From: a bacterium | GTDB lineage: Bacteria; Zhuqueibacterota; Zhuqueibacteria; Residuimicrobiales; Krinioviventaceae | Length of the DNA: 64,000 bases | Assembly: GCA_963693055.1 (NCBI GenBank) | Contig: OY843751.1 | Location: 6,272,001 to 6,336,000 of the forward strand | Reading direction: 5' to 3' | Shown here: one piece after another, positions 49,717 to 59,619 of the stretch | Layout: every line of letters begins with the position of its first letter | Numbering within the stretch: position 1 is the first letter of the stretch | Made by a program: the position numbers and the translations under genes | Notes under the pieces: model-generated | What the model was told of the DNA's origin: nothing | The model's database searches: none | What the model saw: only the letters and a program-made list of their open reading frames with translations

Positions 49717-50232
49717 GTGAAATTTCGTTATTTATATATGATTTTGATTCTGCTGACAGGAATTGTTGGCTGTTTCAATCCTTTTGCGCCAAAGCTTGAT
49801 CGCTCAGGTGAAGAGGGGTATGTCATTACTGAACAGGCTACGCCTGAAGAGGTGTTGCAGAATTTTGTTTATGCTTATACATTCAAAGATTCTTTGGTTT
49901 ATGCAGATATATTAGACAGCTCGTTCGTTTTTGTCTATTTTGATCCCAATTTGGGCGGTTCGGGACGTTTTGTCTCCTGGGGACGTGATATCGATTTAAA
50001 AACCACAGGGCGACTTTTCAAAAGTTTTGAGACCATTACCCTGACCTGGAATTCCACCATCTATGAAGAAGAGGGTGAAAATACAGCCGAGGTCTCTAAA
50101 ACATTACAGTTGGTCATGTTTGGCAGTGCTGGCGAGTTCAGTCTGACCGGAAGTGCTATTTTTAATTTTAAAAAAAGCGATTATGATGATAAATGGCGCA
50201 TTACCCGCTGGAAAGATGAATCCCAAATGTAA
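49717..50232 (+). CDS. Hypothetical lipoprotein (paralogue of 24787-25425)
   Basis: Lipobox IVGC followed by FNPFAP; C-terminal WRITRWKD. Confidence 0.75.
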   Translation: MKFRYLYMILILLTGIVGCFNPFAPKLDRSGEEGYVITEQATPEEVLQNFVYAYTFKDSLVYADILDSSFVFVYFDPNLGGSGRFVSWGRDIDLKTTGRLFKSFETITLTWNSTIYEEEGENTAEVSKTLQLVMFGSAGEFSLTGSAIFNFKKSDYDDKWRITRWKDESQM

Positions 50233-50310
50233 ATTCAGCATCTAAATTATACGATGAATAGTTGTTTTGGTTAGCGTGTTATTAAGATGTGAAAAAAATT
50301 GAGGAATGGA

Positions 50311-52128
50311 ATGAAAAGCCTAATGAAAAGTTTATGGATACCCATATTGCTGTTGTTTGCAGTAAATGGATTGGCCCAATTTGGCCCGGATAAAATACTG
50401 GAAGCCTCTGCATACAGCTCGCAAAGCGCGGTTGTACCAGGAGGAGAGTTTGATATTGCTATTGTTCTGGATATTGAAGAAGAACTGCACATCAACTCGC
50501 ACACGCCCTCTGGCGAGTTTTTCATCCCAACTGTGGTAACGTTGGATTCCCTGTCGGGTTTGGAATTCAATACCCCGGTGTATCCACCGCATGAGTTAAA
50601 AGCCTTTTCTTTTTCCGATGAAAGAATAGCGGTCTATGAGGGAAAAGTTGTTATTGTAACTCATGTAGCTACAGCATCATCATTGGAAACAGGTAAACTG
50701 ACCGTAAAAGGCCAGGTGTCTTACCAGGGTTGTAATGATACCATGTGCTTTGCTCCCGGTGAGGAAGACTTTACGGTAGAGGTTGAGGTTGTACCAGCCG
50801 GAACACCTGTTGAAAAGATCAACCAGGGTTATTTTGCCGGAGTGATTGCTGAGGTTACAGAAACTGTTGAAACAACGGATGATACAGGAACTTTGACGGC
50901 GGATGAACAGCGAGCGAGAGAAATTATTGAAAAAGGGATTTTTTACGCCATTATTGCTTTCTTTGGAATTGGTTTGGCGCTTAACCTGACACCGTGTGTG
51001 TACCCTGTAATTCCCATGACTGTTAGCTATTTTGGCGGACAATCAGGCAAGAGCCGTGGCTCTGCATTTGCTTCAGCATTGTTGTACCAGATTGGTATTG
51101 CAATTGCTTTCGCGCTGTTGGGATTAATCTCCGGGTTGGCCGGAAAACAATGGGGGTTCCTATTTCAGAGTCCCTGGTTTGTGGTTGTGATTGCCACCAT
51201 TATTCTTGCTATGGCTGCGAGTTTGTTTGGCGCTTTTGAAATTACAGTTCCCAACTGGTTGATGAACAAAGTTGGTAAAAGCCGCGAAGGTATTGTAGGC
51301 GCTTTTGTTATGGGACTGACTGTGGGTGTTGTAATTGCTCCCTGTGCGGCGGGCATTATTATAGGACTTGTAGGATTGGTAGCCAAACTCGGGTTGGTGG
51401 TTAAAGGAACATTGTTGTTCTTTGTAATGGGACTGGGACTTGGGTTGCCTTATCTTATACTGGCAACTTTTTCAGGATTGTTGGAAAAACTGCCACAATC
51501 AGGCATGTGGATGGTTTGGGTGCGCAAATTGTTTGCTATTATGCTGATTGGTGTTGCGTTCTATTTCATTATACCACAGCTTGAACGTATTTATGATAAA
51601 TTTGCATTTCTGGCAGGAGTGCTGGGGATTTTTGGCGGGTTGTTACTGGGCTTTTTGGACCACGCACCGGGATACACAAAAACATTCAAGATTTTCCGAG
51701 GAGTGGTAGGTGTGGCTTTGGTGGTTCTGGGTATAATGTGGACCCAGGGTGCGATTGAATCTAAAGCATCTGAAATTGAATGGATAAAATTGCACGATCA
51801 GGATATTCAAACATATATCGATGATGATAAACCTGTATTCATTGATTTTTACGCGGACTGGTGCGCGCCATGTAAGCAGCTTGATCGGGTAACTTTTAGA
51901 GATGAAGCGGTTGTGGAAGCAGCTCAGGATTATCATATGATCAAAGTGGACTGTACCACTCCGGATGACCAGATCAAATCTATTATGCAGCGCTTTAATG
52001 TAACCGGAATGCCCACGCTGGTGTTTATCTCTCCGGGCGGTAATGTACTTGATGATCTGCGAGAAATTGGATTTATTGGTCCAGAACAGTTTGTAAAGAG
52101 TATGCAGGCAGGGCTAGCCGCAGAATAA
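50311..52128 (+). CDS. dsbD: Thiol:disulfide interchange protein DsbD
   Basis: alpha domain CNDTMC; TM domain LTPCVYP and APCAA; thioredoxin domain WCAPC. Confidence 0.9.
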   Translation: MKSLMKSLWIPILLLFAVNGLAQFGPDKILEASAYSSQSAVVPGGEFDIAIVLDIEEELHINSHTPSGEFFIPTVVTLDSLSGLEFNTPVYPPHELKAFSFSDERIAVYEGKVVIVTHVATASSLETGKLTVKGQVSYQGCNDTMCFAPGEEDFTVEVEVVPAGTPVEKINQGYFAGVIAEVTETVETTDDTGTLTADEQRAREIIEKGIFYAIIAFFGIGLALNLTPCVYPVIPMTVSYFGGQSGKSRGSAFASALLYQIGIAIAFALLGLISGLAGKQWGFLFQSPWFVVVIATIILAMAASLFGAFEITVPNWLMNKVGKSREGIVGAFVMGLTVGVVIAPCAAGIIIGLVGLVAKLGLVVKGTLLFFVMGLGLGLPYLILATFSGLLEKLPQSGMWMVWVRKLFAIMLIGVAFYFIIPQLERIYDKFAFLAGVLGIFGGLLLGFLDHAPGYTKTFKIFRGVVGVALVVLGIMWTQGAIESKASEIEWIKLHDQDIQTYIDDDKPVFIDFYADWCAPCKQLDRVTFRDEAVVEAAQDYHMIKVDCTTPDDQIKSIMQRFNVTGMPTLVFISPGGNVLDDLREIGFIGPEQFVKSMQAGLAAE

Positions 52129-52160
52129 TCTTTTGCAAAATCCGTAAATTTTGTTATTTT

Positions 52161-52197
52161 ACAGCCGTACTGTTCCCTCGAGTGCGGCTGTTTTTTT
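52161..52197 (+). terminator. Intrinsic terminator after dsbD
   Basis: ACAGCCGTACT...AGTGCGGCTGT plus a T run. Confidence 0.75.
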
Positions 52198-52214
52198 ATT
52201 GAAAGGCGACTGAT

Positions 52215-53981
52215 TTGAAACGGATTAATGCTTTAGCCCTGATTATTATAGTAATGACGATGCCGTTGTATGCAGACGCGTCACTTTCCCTCAATGTTAC
52301 ATTTCCATCAAATCCCGATACGTTTTCGCTGGACAAGGTTAGGTTGTCTGGTAATACTCTGCCCGGTGCGCATGTGTTTGTGAATGACAAGCCAGTCAAG
52401 GTTTATCCTTATGGTGCTTTTGTCACCCGAGTTGAACTGGAGGATGGTGAAAATTTGATCCGTGTCCGTGCGAACAAGGGTGATCAGCAAACAGTACAGG
52501 AAATAGTTGTTTTACGTCCACCAAAACTGGTTGAAACAGATACGGTAGAAACCGTGATTGATACACTGTACCAGGTACCGGATAAAGATGTGATGGTACT
52601 GCCCGGAGATTATGTTTGTGTAAAATTTAAAGGAACACCTGACGGGGATGCCAGATTTTCAATTGAAAAGATAGCGGATCAAGTTCCCATGATAGAGCTG
52701 CCACCGGGAAAAGCATTTGGCATGCGGGGTATTTACAGCGGTATTGTGCAGGTGCATGAAGGTCCACGAAACCGTCCTCTTGATATTGAATGTGAACTGC
52801 GTGGTAAAGATGGCAAACGTAAAAAGATAAAACTTTCTGGTCAAGTATTTATCATGTCTGATGATGTTCCGGTAGTTGCCGAAACGAGAGAAGAAACCTG
52901 GCTGCTAAATACCGGGGATGGATTCATTCCCAAATCACTTATGCAGGAAGGGACGCTGCTACATATTGTAGGGAAAACCGGTGACCGTTTCAAGGTAAGG
53001 TTGGGGCACGGCAAATACGGATATGTAGATGACCAAAAAGTAACCTTGCTGTCATGGGGAACCGATATACCCAGGGCCAGAATTTCTGCACCTATACTAG
53101 CGTTTGATGAGCAGTATTTTAAGTTGCGTTTTCCCGCAAATGTACTGGTACCTGTCACCATTGCTTCTGATCCTGCAAGTAAAGATATTGTGCTGACCTG
53201 GTATGGAGCGCAGCAAGCCTCTCATTGGATTACATATCCTAATATTGATACGGGAATTGAAAATGTTGCATTTTCTTATCCCGAAGAAGGGGTCTTTCAG
53301 GCAAGTATAACAACGGAAAATAAAGATTATTGGGGCTATAGTGTATATTATGATGAATCCGGTTATCATGTGAAAATATTAAAAGCACCAGACATGGAGA
53401 ATGTTCAGGAAAGTTCATTTCTAAAGGGCTTGACCCTGGTTTTGGATCCTGGACATGGTGGTGAATTTGAAGGTGCTGTGGGCCCTATGGGTTTTTTGGA
53501 AAAAGAAGTGAATTTACTTTGGGCCCAGGTTTTAAAAGACAGTTTGGAAAAATATGGAGCAAAGGTTGTATTAACCCGTAACTCGGATGAAACCGTGTCA
53601 TTAAAAGAGCGTGTGGATATTGCCCGCAGGCAAAAAGCACAGTTGTTGCTTTCTTTGCATAATAATTCTACAACACCCGGAGGTAATGCCGAGAGTGCGC
53701 GTGGTACAAGTGTTTATTTTTACCATCCTCACAACAAGGACTTGGCCTGGGCAATCTATCCGCACCTGGTGGACTTGGGATTAGCGCCTTATGGTCGGAT
53801 ATATAACTCTTATTACATTACCCGGGTTACGGATATGCCGGTTTTGCTTATAGAAGGCGCATTTCTTTCTCATCCCGATGAAGAGCAAAAATTTGCTGAT
53901 CCCAAATTTTTGCATCAACTCTCGGGCGCCGTGATCAAAGGGTTACGTGATTTTCTAACCAAACCATCAGCAGGTCAATAA
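52215..53981 (+). CDS. N-acetylmuramoyl-L-alanine amidase (Amidase_3) with long N-terminal accessory domains
   Basis: LDPGHGG, EKEVNL, LTR, SLHNN, LIEGAF; signal peptide. Confidence 0.9.
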   Translation: MKRINALALIIIVMTMPLYADASLSLNVTFPSNPDTFSLDKVRLSGNTLPGAHVFVNDKPVKVYPYGAFVTRVELEDGENLIRVRANKGDQQTVQEIVVLRPPKLVETDTVETVIDTLYQVPDKDVMVLPGDYVCVKFKGTPDGDARFSIEKIADQVPMIELPPGKAFGMRGIYSGIVQVHEGPRNRPLDIECELRGKDGKRKKIKLSGQVFIMSDDVPVVAETREETWLLNTGDGFIPKSLMQEGTLLHIVGKTGDRFKVRLGHGKYGYVDDQKVTLLSWGTDIPRARISAPILAFDEQYFKLRFPANVLVPVTIASDPASKDIVLTWYGAQQASHWITYPNIDTGIENVAFSYPEEGVFQASITTENKDYWGYSVYYDESGYHVKILKAPDMENVQESSFLKGLTLVLDPGHGGEFEGAVGPMGFLEKEVNLLWAQVLKDSLEKYGAKVVLTRNSDETVSLKERVDIARRQKAQLLLSLHNNSTTPGGNAESARGTSVYFYHPHNKDLAWAIYPHLVDLGLAPYGRIYNSYYITRVTDMPVLLIEGAFLSHPDEEQKFADPKFLHQLSGAVIKGLRDFLTKPSAGQ

Positions 53982-54727
53982 GCCGCTTCCTTTTGCATGA
54001 TTTCCTGCGTTTTCTGCATGCCCAGTTTTGTACTCAGCGCATTGATGATAATTCTGGCTGAGGTCTGGGGCGGCAGATTTTCTGCATTCAAAACCAGGTC
54101 ATAGGCAGCATGATCATTCGCGCTACGATGAAAATAGCGTTGAATGAAAGCAAAGCGGTTGCTGTCAACCAGTGAAACCGTTTTACGGGCTTCTTTGATA
54201 GACAAGCCTTTTTCGCGAGCGACGCGTTCAATCCTCCATTCCATTGGTGCGGTGATCAAGACACGCATTGCCAGTTTGGGTTCAACCATCAAATGGCTGC
54301 CACGGCCAATGATAATTGCCTGACCTTCCTGAGCAATGACGGTTATGACATCGTGAAGAAGTTTAAAGTATTTGTCCATAGCAATGGATTGTTTACTTAG
54401 CATTGTGTGGACAAAATTTTGGGTTTCACTCTGTCTGCGTTCGTCAAGATCTTCAATGACGCGGTTGCGCACCTGGCCGGTCTGTGCAATGTACTCTACA
54501 AGTTCTTTGTCGTAAACCTGCCAGTTCAGGATTTGCGAAATTTCATGTGCAACTGCATCACCGCCTGCACCATGTGTTCTTGAAATGGTGATTACGGATT
54601 TTTGAAAGAGGCTGTCTTGGGGATGATGGATTTGGTGTTTTTTGATTTGTTGCTTGATCTCCCAAATGGCGACCTGGCTTTTAACCAATCGGTCCCAATT
54701 GAGTTGTTCGTTTTGTCTTGTTGTCAT
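53975..54727 (-). CDS. Cytidylate kinase-like family protein
   Basis: VITISRTHGAGG, YDKEL, IIGRG, YDLVLN. Confidence 0.85.
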   Translation of the reverse strand: MTTRQNEQLNWDRLVKSQVAIWEIKQQIKKHQIHHPQDSLFQKSVITISRTHGAGGDAVAHEISQILNWQVYDKELVEYIAQTGQVRNRVIEDLDERRQSETQNFVHTMLSKQSIAMDKYFKLLHDVITVIAQEGQAIIIGRGSHLMVEPKLAMRVLITAPMEWRIERVAREKGLSIKEARKTVSLVDSNRFAFIQRYFHRSANDHAAYDLVLNAENLPPQTSARIIINALSTKLGMQKTQEIMQKEAAY

Positions 54728-54864
54728 GGCAACCTCCGTTTTTTTTGTGGTTATGCCATGTCATACTACCAGAATAGAAGGGAATGTCAAAGGTCTCTAC
54801 TTAAAAATACATAAACTGTAGCGTCATGTCAATAGATTTTTGTGTTTTGGGAGAAAAATATTTT

Positions 54865-55443
54865 TTAAAGAGATAATATGCTGTTTATGTAGGTTTCCAG
54901 TAAGCGGATTTTGTCCAGACCGGACAAGTAACCAGCATATTGGCCTTGTTTGTTGAGAATTACAAATGTGGGATAATGGTGCACATTGAACGCCTGACGA
55001 ATTCGATTGTCCCGGTCAAAGACTACAGGGGTATCTATTTTGTATTTTTTAATGGCGTCTTGTATATTGTTTCGATCAAGATTGTTGTAAAAATTTGGGG
55101 ATTGTACATCAATAAACTTGACCTGGTCGCGATATTTTGCCTTGATTGCTTTTAACTGTTTGTGTTGTTCCATGGCTTTTGTGCTGCCAAAGGTCCAGAA
55201 ATTAATTATAACAATCTGACCTTTCAGGTCAGACAATTCAATTCGTTCTTTGGTATTGAACCAGTCCAGATGTTCCGGAAACTCGGGGGCTTGAATATTA
55301 TAGCTGCTGATTTGTCTTATTTCGTTGCGGATTTCATCGGGAGTAAAATAGACCTCACTACTCTGGTTTGCATTGGTACCGTCAATGTAAAACAGTGGAA
55401 AAGAGATACACAAAAATGAGAGTAATGTAACAAGTCTTTTCAT
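54865..55443 (-). CDS. Exported TlpA/redoxin-fold protein lacking the CxxC motif
   Basis: APEFP..WFNT..LSDLKGQIVIINFWTFGSTKA..YPTFVIL; no Cys in the mature part. Confidence 0.75.
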   Translation of the reverse strand: MKRLVTLLSFLCISFPLFYIDGTNANQSSEVYFTPDEIRNEIRQISSYNIQAPEFPEHLDWFNTKERIELSDLKGQIVIINFWTFGSTKAMEQHKQLKAIKAKYRDQVKFIDVQSPNFYNNLDRNNIQDAIKKYKIDTPVVFDRDNRIRQAFNVHHYPTFVILNKQGQYAGYLSGLDKIRLLETYINSILSL

Positions 55444-55519
55444 AATCTAACCATAAACGAATTCTGAATTCGATAACAGATATTTATAGTATAATAGTTA
55501 TTTTTTTAAATATCAAGAT

Positions 55520-55942
55520 TTAATCTTTATAGATAGTGATCTTGATTCTTGCTGACGTACTGACCAGAAAGGGAATATTTACCCCGGATTCGATATAAAA
55601 TGGATCGGGGTAAGCATCTTCCAATACAAAACTGTTCCAGTAGCCCGGTTCCCAGTGCTCTTCATTGTTGGATTCGGTTTTTCCACCTATTTCGGCAGTC
55701 ATATAATTGATCTGATCGTAATTTTTTGTTTCCATTGCGTATAGGTATTTGCCGGGTTCTACATATTTACCATTGTCGTCTTTGCCATCCCAAAAGTAGA
55801 CATACCTGCCAGATTCTGTAAAAGTTTGATCAACCAGCAGTCTTATTTTTTCTTTTTGGGTCTCACCTTCTTCAAGTGGATTGCTGCAAAAAACAAGACT
55901 GCCTGCTATTGTCAATAATATAAAAGTATATATTCTATTCAT
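55520..55942 (-). CDS. Small putative lipoprotein consisting of a circularly permuted FlgD-Ig/T9SS-like CTD
   Basis: Hydrophobic leader ending LVFC; FWDGKDDNGKYVEPGKYLY precedes AYPDPF...IKITIY. Confidence 0.7.
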   Translation of the reverse strand: MNRIYTFILLTIAGSLVFCSNPLEEGETQKEKIRLLVDQTFTESGRYVYFWDGKDDNGKYVEPGKYLYAMETKNYDQINYMTAEIGGKTESNNEEHWEPGYWNSFVLEDAYPDPFYIESGVNIPFLVSTSARIKITIYKD

Positions 55943-55985
55943 AACACTGTTTTAACGAATATGATTTGTCAACGTTCCCAAAAAA

Positions 55986-56951
55986 TTAATATATCAGACC
56001 GGTTTTTTCTTTTGCCGGTTCAAGAAATGTTTTGGCAACTGCACGTGCTTTTTCTGCCCCCATTTTCATGATATCATAAACATCATCTTTGTGGTTCATA
56101 TAATGTTCACGTTTTTCACGATAGGGTTCAAAATATGCCCAAATGGTTTCGAGCAGTTCTTTTTTTACATCGCCATATCGCATACCCGGTGTTATGTAGC
56201 GTTGTTTCAACTCTTCCTGACCGGCTTTATCCAGAAATAGAGAATAGATAGCATACAGGTTACAAGTTTTGGGATCTTTGGGTTCTTCGATTGGGGTAGA
56301 GTCGGTTACAATAGACATTACCTTTTTCTTTAAGGGCTTGTAATCCGCAAAGATTTCTATTGTATTGTCATAAGATTTTGACATTTTTTGTCCATCCAGG
56401 CCAGGTACGGTAGCCACATCGGTGGGGATTTCTGGTTCAGGAATGACAAAAGTTTCGCCATACATTTGGTTGAATTTAATAGCAATGTCACGGGTCATTT
56501 CAACATGCTGCTTTTGGTCTTTACCCACGGGGATCTTGTTAGCGCCATAAAGTAGAATGTCTGCTGCCATTAAAACCGGATAAGCAAACAGTCCATGATT
56601 GGCGGCAATGCCTTTGGCTTTTTTGTCTTTGAACGAGTGTCCGCGTTCCAACAAACCCATGGGTGTAATGTTGGAGAGGATCCATGTCAACTCTGTAACT
56701 TCGGGAACATCAGATTGTACATAAAAATATGATTTTTCGGGATCAATGCCCAAGGCCAAAAAGTCACAAATGGCTTCAAACGTATGTTTGCGTAAACGTT
56801 CACCGTCAGTAACGGTGGTGAGTGCGTGATAATTTACAATAAAACAAAACAGTTCATGATTTTCCTGGTAATCGATCATTCGTTTCATCATTGCAAAATA
56901 ATTGCCCAGGTGAAGGCTGCCAGAGGGCTGAATGCCGGAAAGAATTCGCAT
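55986..56951 (-). CDS. trpS: Tryptophan--tRNA ligase
   Basis: SGIQPSG.LHLGNY, YPVLMAADIL, VGKDQKQH, KMSKS. Confidence 0.98.
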   Translation of the reverse strand: MRILSGIQPSGSLHLGNYFAMMKRMIDYQENHELFCFIVNYHALTTVTDGERLRKHTFEAICDFLALGIDPEKSYFYVQSDVPEVTELTWILSNITPMGLLERGHSFKDKKAKGIAANHGLFAYPVLMAADILLYGANKIPVGKDQKQHVEMTRDIAIKFNQMYGETFVIPEPEIPTDVATVPGLDGQKMSKSYDNTIEIFADYKPLKKKVMSIVTDSTPIEEPKDPKTCNLYAIYSLFLDKAGQEELKQRYITPGMRYGDVKKELLETIWAYFEPYREKREHYMNHKDDVYDIMKMGAEKARAVAKTFLEPAKEKTGLIY

Positions 56952-57191
56952 GTTACATCCTTTCTATAGTAATTCTCTATATTCAAATTTCAGACTGTAC
57001 TGTCACACATAAAGAAATAAATTACAAAAACTTGGTCGATTAATCAAGTTTAATCTCTATTCAAATAAAAAGCACAATAATGCGAGTTTTTAACAGTTTG
57101 TTGAAAAAGATTGGGATTTGCTTGCTTTTTCAAGGGCAAATTTGTAATTTCGGCGCGTAAAGCATTCATTTTTTTTGAATCAGGAGGTTTA

Positions 57192-58394
57192 ATGACGACA
57201 CAAGAGTATATCCGGATTGAGGACCAGTACGGAGCTCACAATTACCATCCATTGGATGTTGTGTTGACTCGAGGGGAAGGCGTTTGGGTTTATGATGTTG
57301 AAGGTAAAAAGTACATGGATTTCTTGAGCGCTTATTCAGCGGTGAACCAGGGACATTGTCATCCCCGGTTGGTGAAAACCATGAAAGATCAATGCGACAA
57401 GATCACCCTTACATCGCGGGCGTTTCGTAATGATCAGTTACCCCTGTTGTGCAAAGAGCTTTGCGAATTGACAGGTTTTGACAGGGTGTTACCCATGAAC
57501 AGCGGTGCTGAAGCGGTTGAAACAGCAATTAAAGCTGCCAGAAAATGGGGTTATACCGTTAAAGGGGTTGCCAAAGACAAGGCAGAGATTGTTGTGTTTG
57601 GTAACAATTTTCATGGCCGTACTACAACCATTGTGGGATTTTCTTCCGAAGAGCAATATAAGGAAGGTTTTGGTCCCTTTACCCCGGGATTTGTATTGGT
57701 ACCCTATGGTGATGTTGATGCGTTAAAAGCAGCAGTGACAGAAAATACAGTAGCTGTTATGATAGAGCCTGTTCAAGGTGAAGGCGGTATTTTAATACCT
57801 AAAGATGGAACCCTTGAACAGATTCAGGCGCTCTGTAAAGAAAAGAACATGCTTTTCATTTTAGACGAGATTCAGTCCGGTTTGGGACGAAGCGGCAAAC
57901 TGTTTGCCTATCAGTATGAAAATGTGGATCCGGATGTGGTAATCATTGGTAAGGCGTTGAGTGGTGGATTTTATCCTGTATCTGCAGTACTGGCCAGCGA
58001 TGAAGTATTGGGAGTTTTCAAACCCGGAGATCATGGCAGTACATTTGGCGGCAATCCTTTGGCGTGTGCAATAGCGCGCGAGTCGTTAAATATTCTGGTT
58101 GAGGAAAAACTCCCTGAACGATCAGCCGAATTGGGTGAATTTTTTAAATCAAAATTGCAAACATTGGATTCAAAGCACATCAAAGAGATCCGTGGACGCG
58201 GGCTGTTTATTGGCATCGAGTTGCATCCCGAGGCTGGTGGCGCACGCAGGTTTTGTGAACAGCTTGAAAAAGATGGCCTTTTGTGCAAAGAGACACACGA
58301 GAATGTCATCCGGTTTGCACCTCCGCTGGTGATCAGCAAAGAAGATCTAAATTGGGCCTTTGAGAAAGTGAAAAAGGTGCTTGAAACAGAATAA
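57192..58394 (+). CDS. rocD: Ornithine--oxo-acid aminotransferase
   Basis: GAHNYHPL, YSAVNQGHCHP, TLTSRAF, DEIQSG, GKALSGG, HGSTFGGNP; ATG 57192 after GGAGG. Confidence 0.96.
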   Translation: MTTQEYIRIEDQYGAHNYHPLDVVLTRGEGVWVYDVEGKKYMDFLSAYSAVNQGHCHPRLVKTMKDQCDKITLTSRAFRNDQLPLLCKELCELTGFDRVLPMNSGAEAVETAIKAARKWGYTVKGVAKDKAEIVVFGNNFHGRTTTIVGFSSEEQYKEGFGPFTPGFVLVPYGDVDALKAAVTENTVAVMIEPVQGEGGILIPKDGTLEQIQALCKEKNMLFILDEIQSGLGRSGKLFAYQYENVDPDVVIIGKALSGGFYPVSAVLASDEVLGVFKPGDHGSTFGGNPLACAIARESLNILVEEKLPERSAELGEFFKSKLQTLDSKHIKEIRGRGLFIGIELHPEAGGARRFCEQLEKDGLLCKETHENVIRFAPPLVISKEDLNWAFEKVKKVLETE

Positions 58395-58465
58395 ATTGGT
58401 GATCTAAAGTGTTGATAAAAAAAGCAGATTTTAAGAATAAGGAATATAATAAACAGGAGCCACCT

Positions 58466-58873
58466 ATGAAACGCATGATGTTTGTTAGTATATTGGTATT
58501 GTTGACCGCGCTTTCGGCTTTTGCGAAACAGCCAACAGTTGTAGACGCAAAGATTGATCCTGCAGTAGCCGCACCGGGTGCCAAAGTTGTTATTACCGTC
58601 GAGTTTACCGGAAAAACAGCGGATGTTAAATCAGTTGAAGTATTGGTTAAAGAATATCCCTATGATGCACCGGAAATGATCTTGCAGCCCAAAGAAGGCA
58701 GTGAGAAAAATGTATGGGAACTGGTAGGTCAGGTACCTTATGAAGCACCTTTTGAAAAATTAACCCTGGAAGTAAAAGCATTGGATAAAGACGGCGAACA
58801 AATTGTTACTGAAGCATGCAAAGACCAGTACTGGGGTAAAGCCGCAAAGCTGATGTTTGAAATCAAACAATAA
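58466..58873 (+). CDS. Hypothetical secreted Ig-like protein
   Basis: MKRMMF start after AGGAG; signal peptide ending AFA; beta-rich body. Confidence 0.7.
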   Translation: MKRMMFVSILVLLTALSAFAKQPTVVDAKIDPAVAAPGAKVVITVEFTGKTADVKSVEVLVKEYPYDAPEMILQPKEGSEKNVWELVGQVPYEAPFEKLTLEVKALDKDGEQIVTEACKDQYWGKAAKLMFEIKQ

Positions 58874-58896
58874 TCTGAAAAAAGTTGAAGAATTTA

Positions 58897-58931
58897 AATC
58901 CCCGGTAACCATGGGCTGCCGGGGATTTTTT
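58897..58931. terminator. Bidirectional intrinsic terminator
   Basis: AAATCCCCGGTA...TGCCGGGGATTT between convergent genes. Confidence 0.75.
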
Positions 58932-59619
58932 AATTTTCAGACATATTTTCTCCATAAACCAACGATACCCGTTCTATGCCTTCATGCATTGCAAGTTCTT
59001 GCACCAGTTCCTGGTGGGTTTTATCTTTTTTAAAGCGCACATTGAATGTAAGCTCGAGGAATTCACCCAAACGCGCGGAGCGGATATTGACGAGGGAATG
59101 AACGGACAAGTATTTTTTAAATATTTCGAGATAGGCGGGTTTTTCATTATGTTCCGGCATGACCCAGAAGCGCAGCATCATTTCTTCATGAAATGTGGCG
59201 CCGTATTTGGTGAAATGTAAAATAATCACAACCAAAGCGATTATAACACAACCGATAATCCCGATAATGTGATTACCGGCACCTGCTGCCATACCTGCGG
59301 CCAGCGAGAAAAAGACAAACGCAATATCGAGCGAATCCTTAACTGCAGTTCTAAAGCGGATGATGGACATGGCGCCCACCAACCCAAAAGCCCTCGCCAG
59401 ATTATTACCAATGACCATGATAACAATTGTTGTAACCATCGTAATAATGATCAGTGTGTTTACAAATGAAACAGAATAGGCATATCCCTTGTAGGTCAGT
59501 TTATATACCAAGGTAATCAATAAACCCAAACATAAAGAAAGCAAAATATTGAAAAACACATCAAAAATAGTTATGGTTGCGCTGTTTGCCAGCAAACTTT
59601 CAAAAATGAGATCCTGCAT
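58930..59619 (-). CDS. DUF4956 family membrane protein
   Basis: IGNNLARAFGLVGAMSIIRFRTAVKD..DIAFVF; TM N-terminal part and ACT-like C-terminal part. Confidence 0.9.
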   Translation of the reverse strand: MQDLIFESLLANSATITIFDVFFNILLSLCLGLLITLVYKLTYKGYAYSVSFVNTLIIITMVTTIVIMVIGNNLARAFGLVGAMSIIRFRTAVKDSLDIAFVFFSLAAGMAAGAGNHIIGIIGCVIIALVVIILHFTKYGATFHEEMMLRFWVMPEHNEKPAYLEIFKKYLSVHSLVNIRSARLGEFLELTFNVRFKKDKTHQELVQELAMHEGIERVSLVYGENMSEN

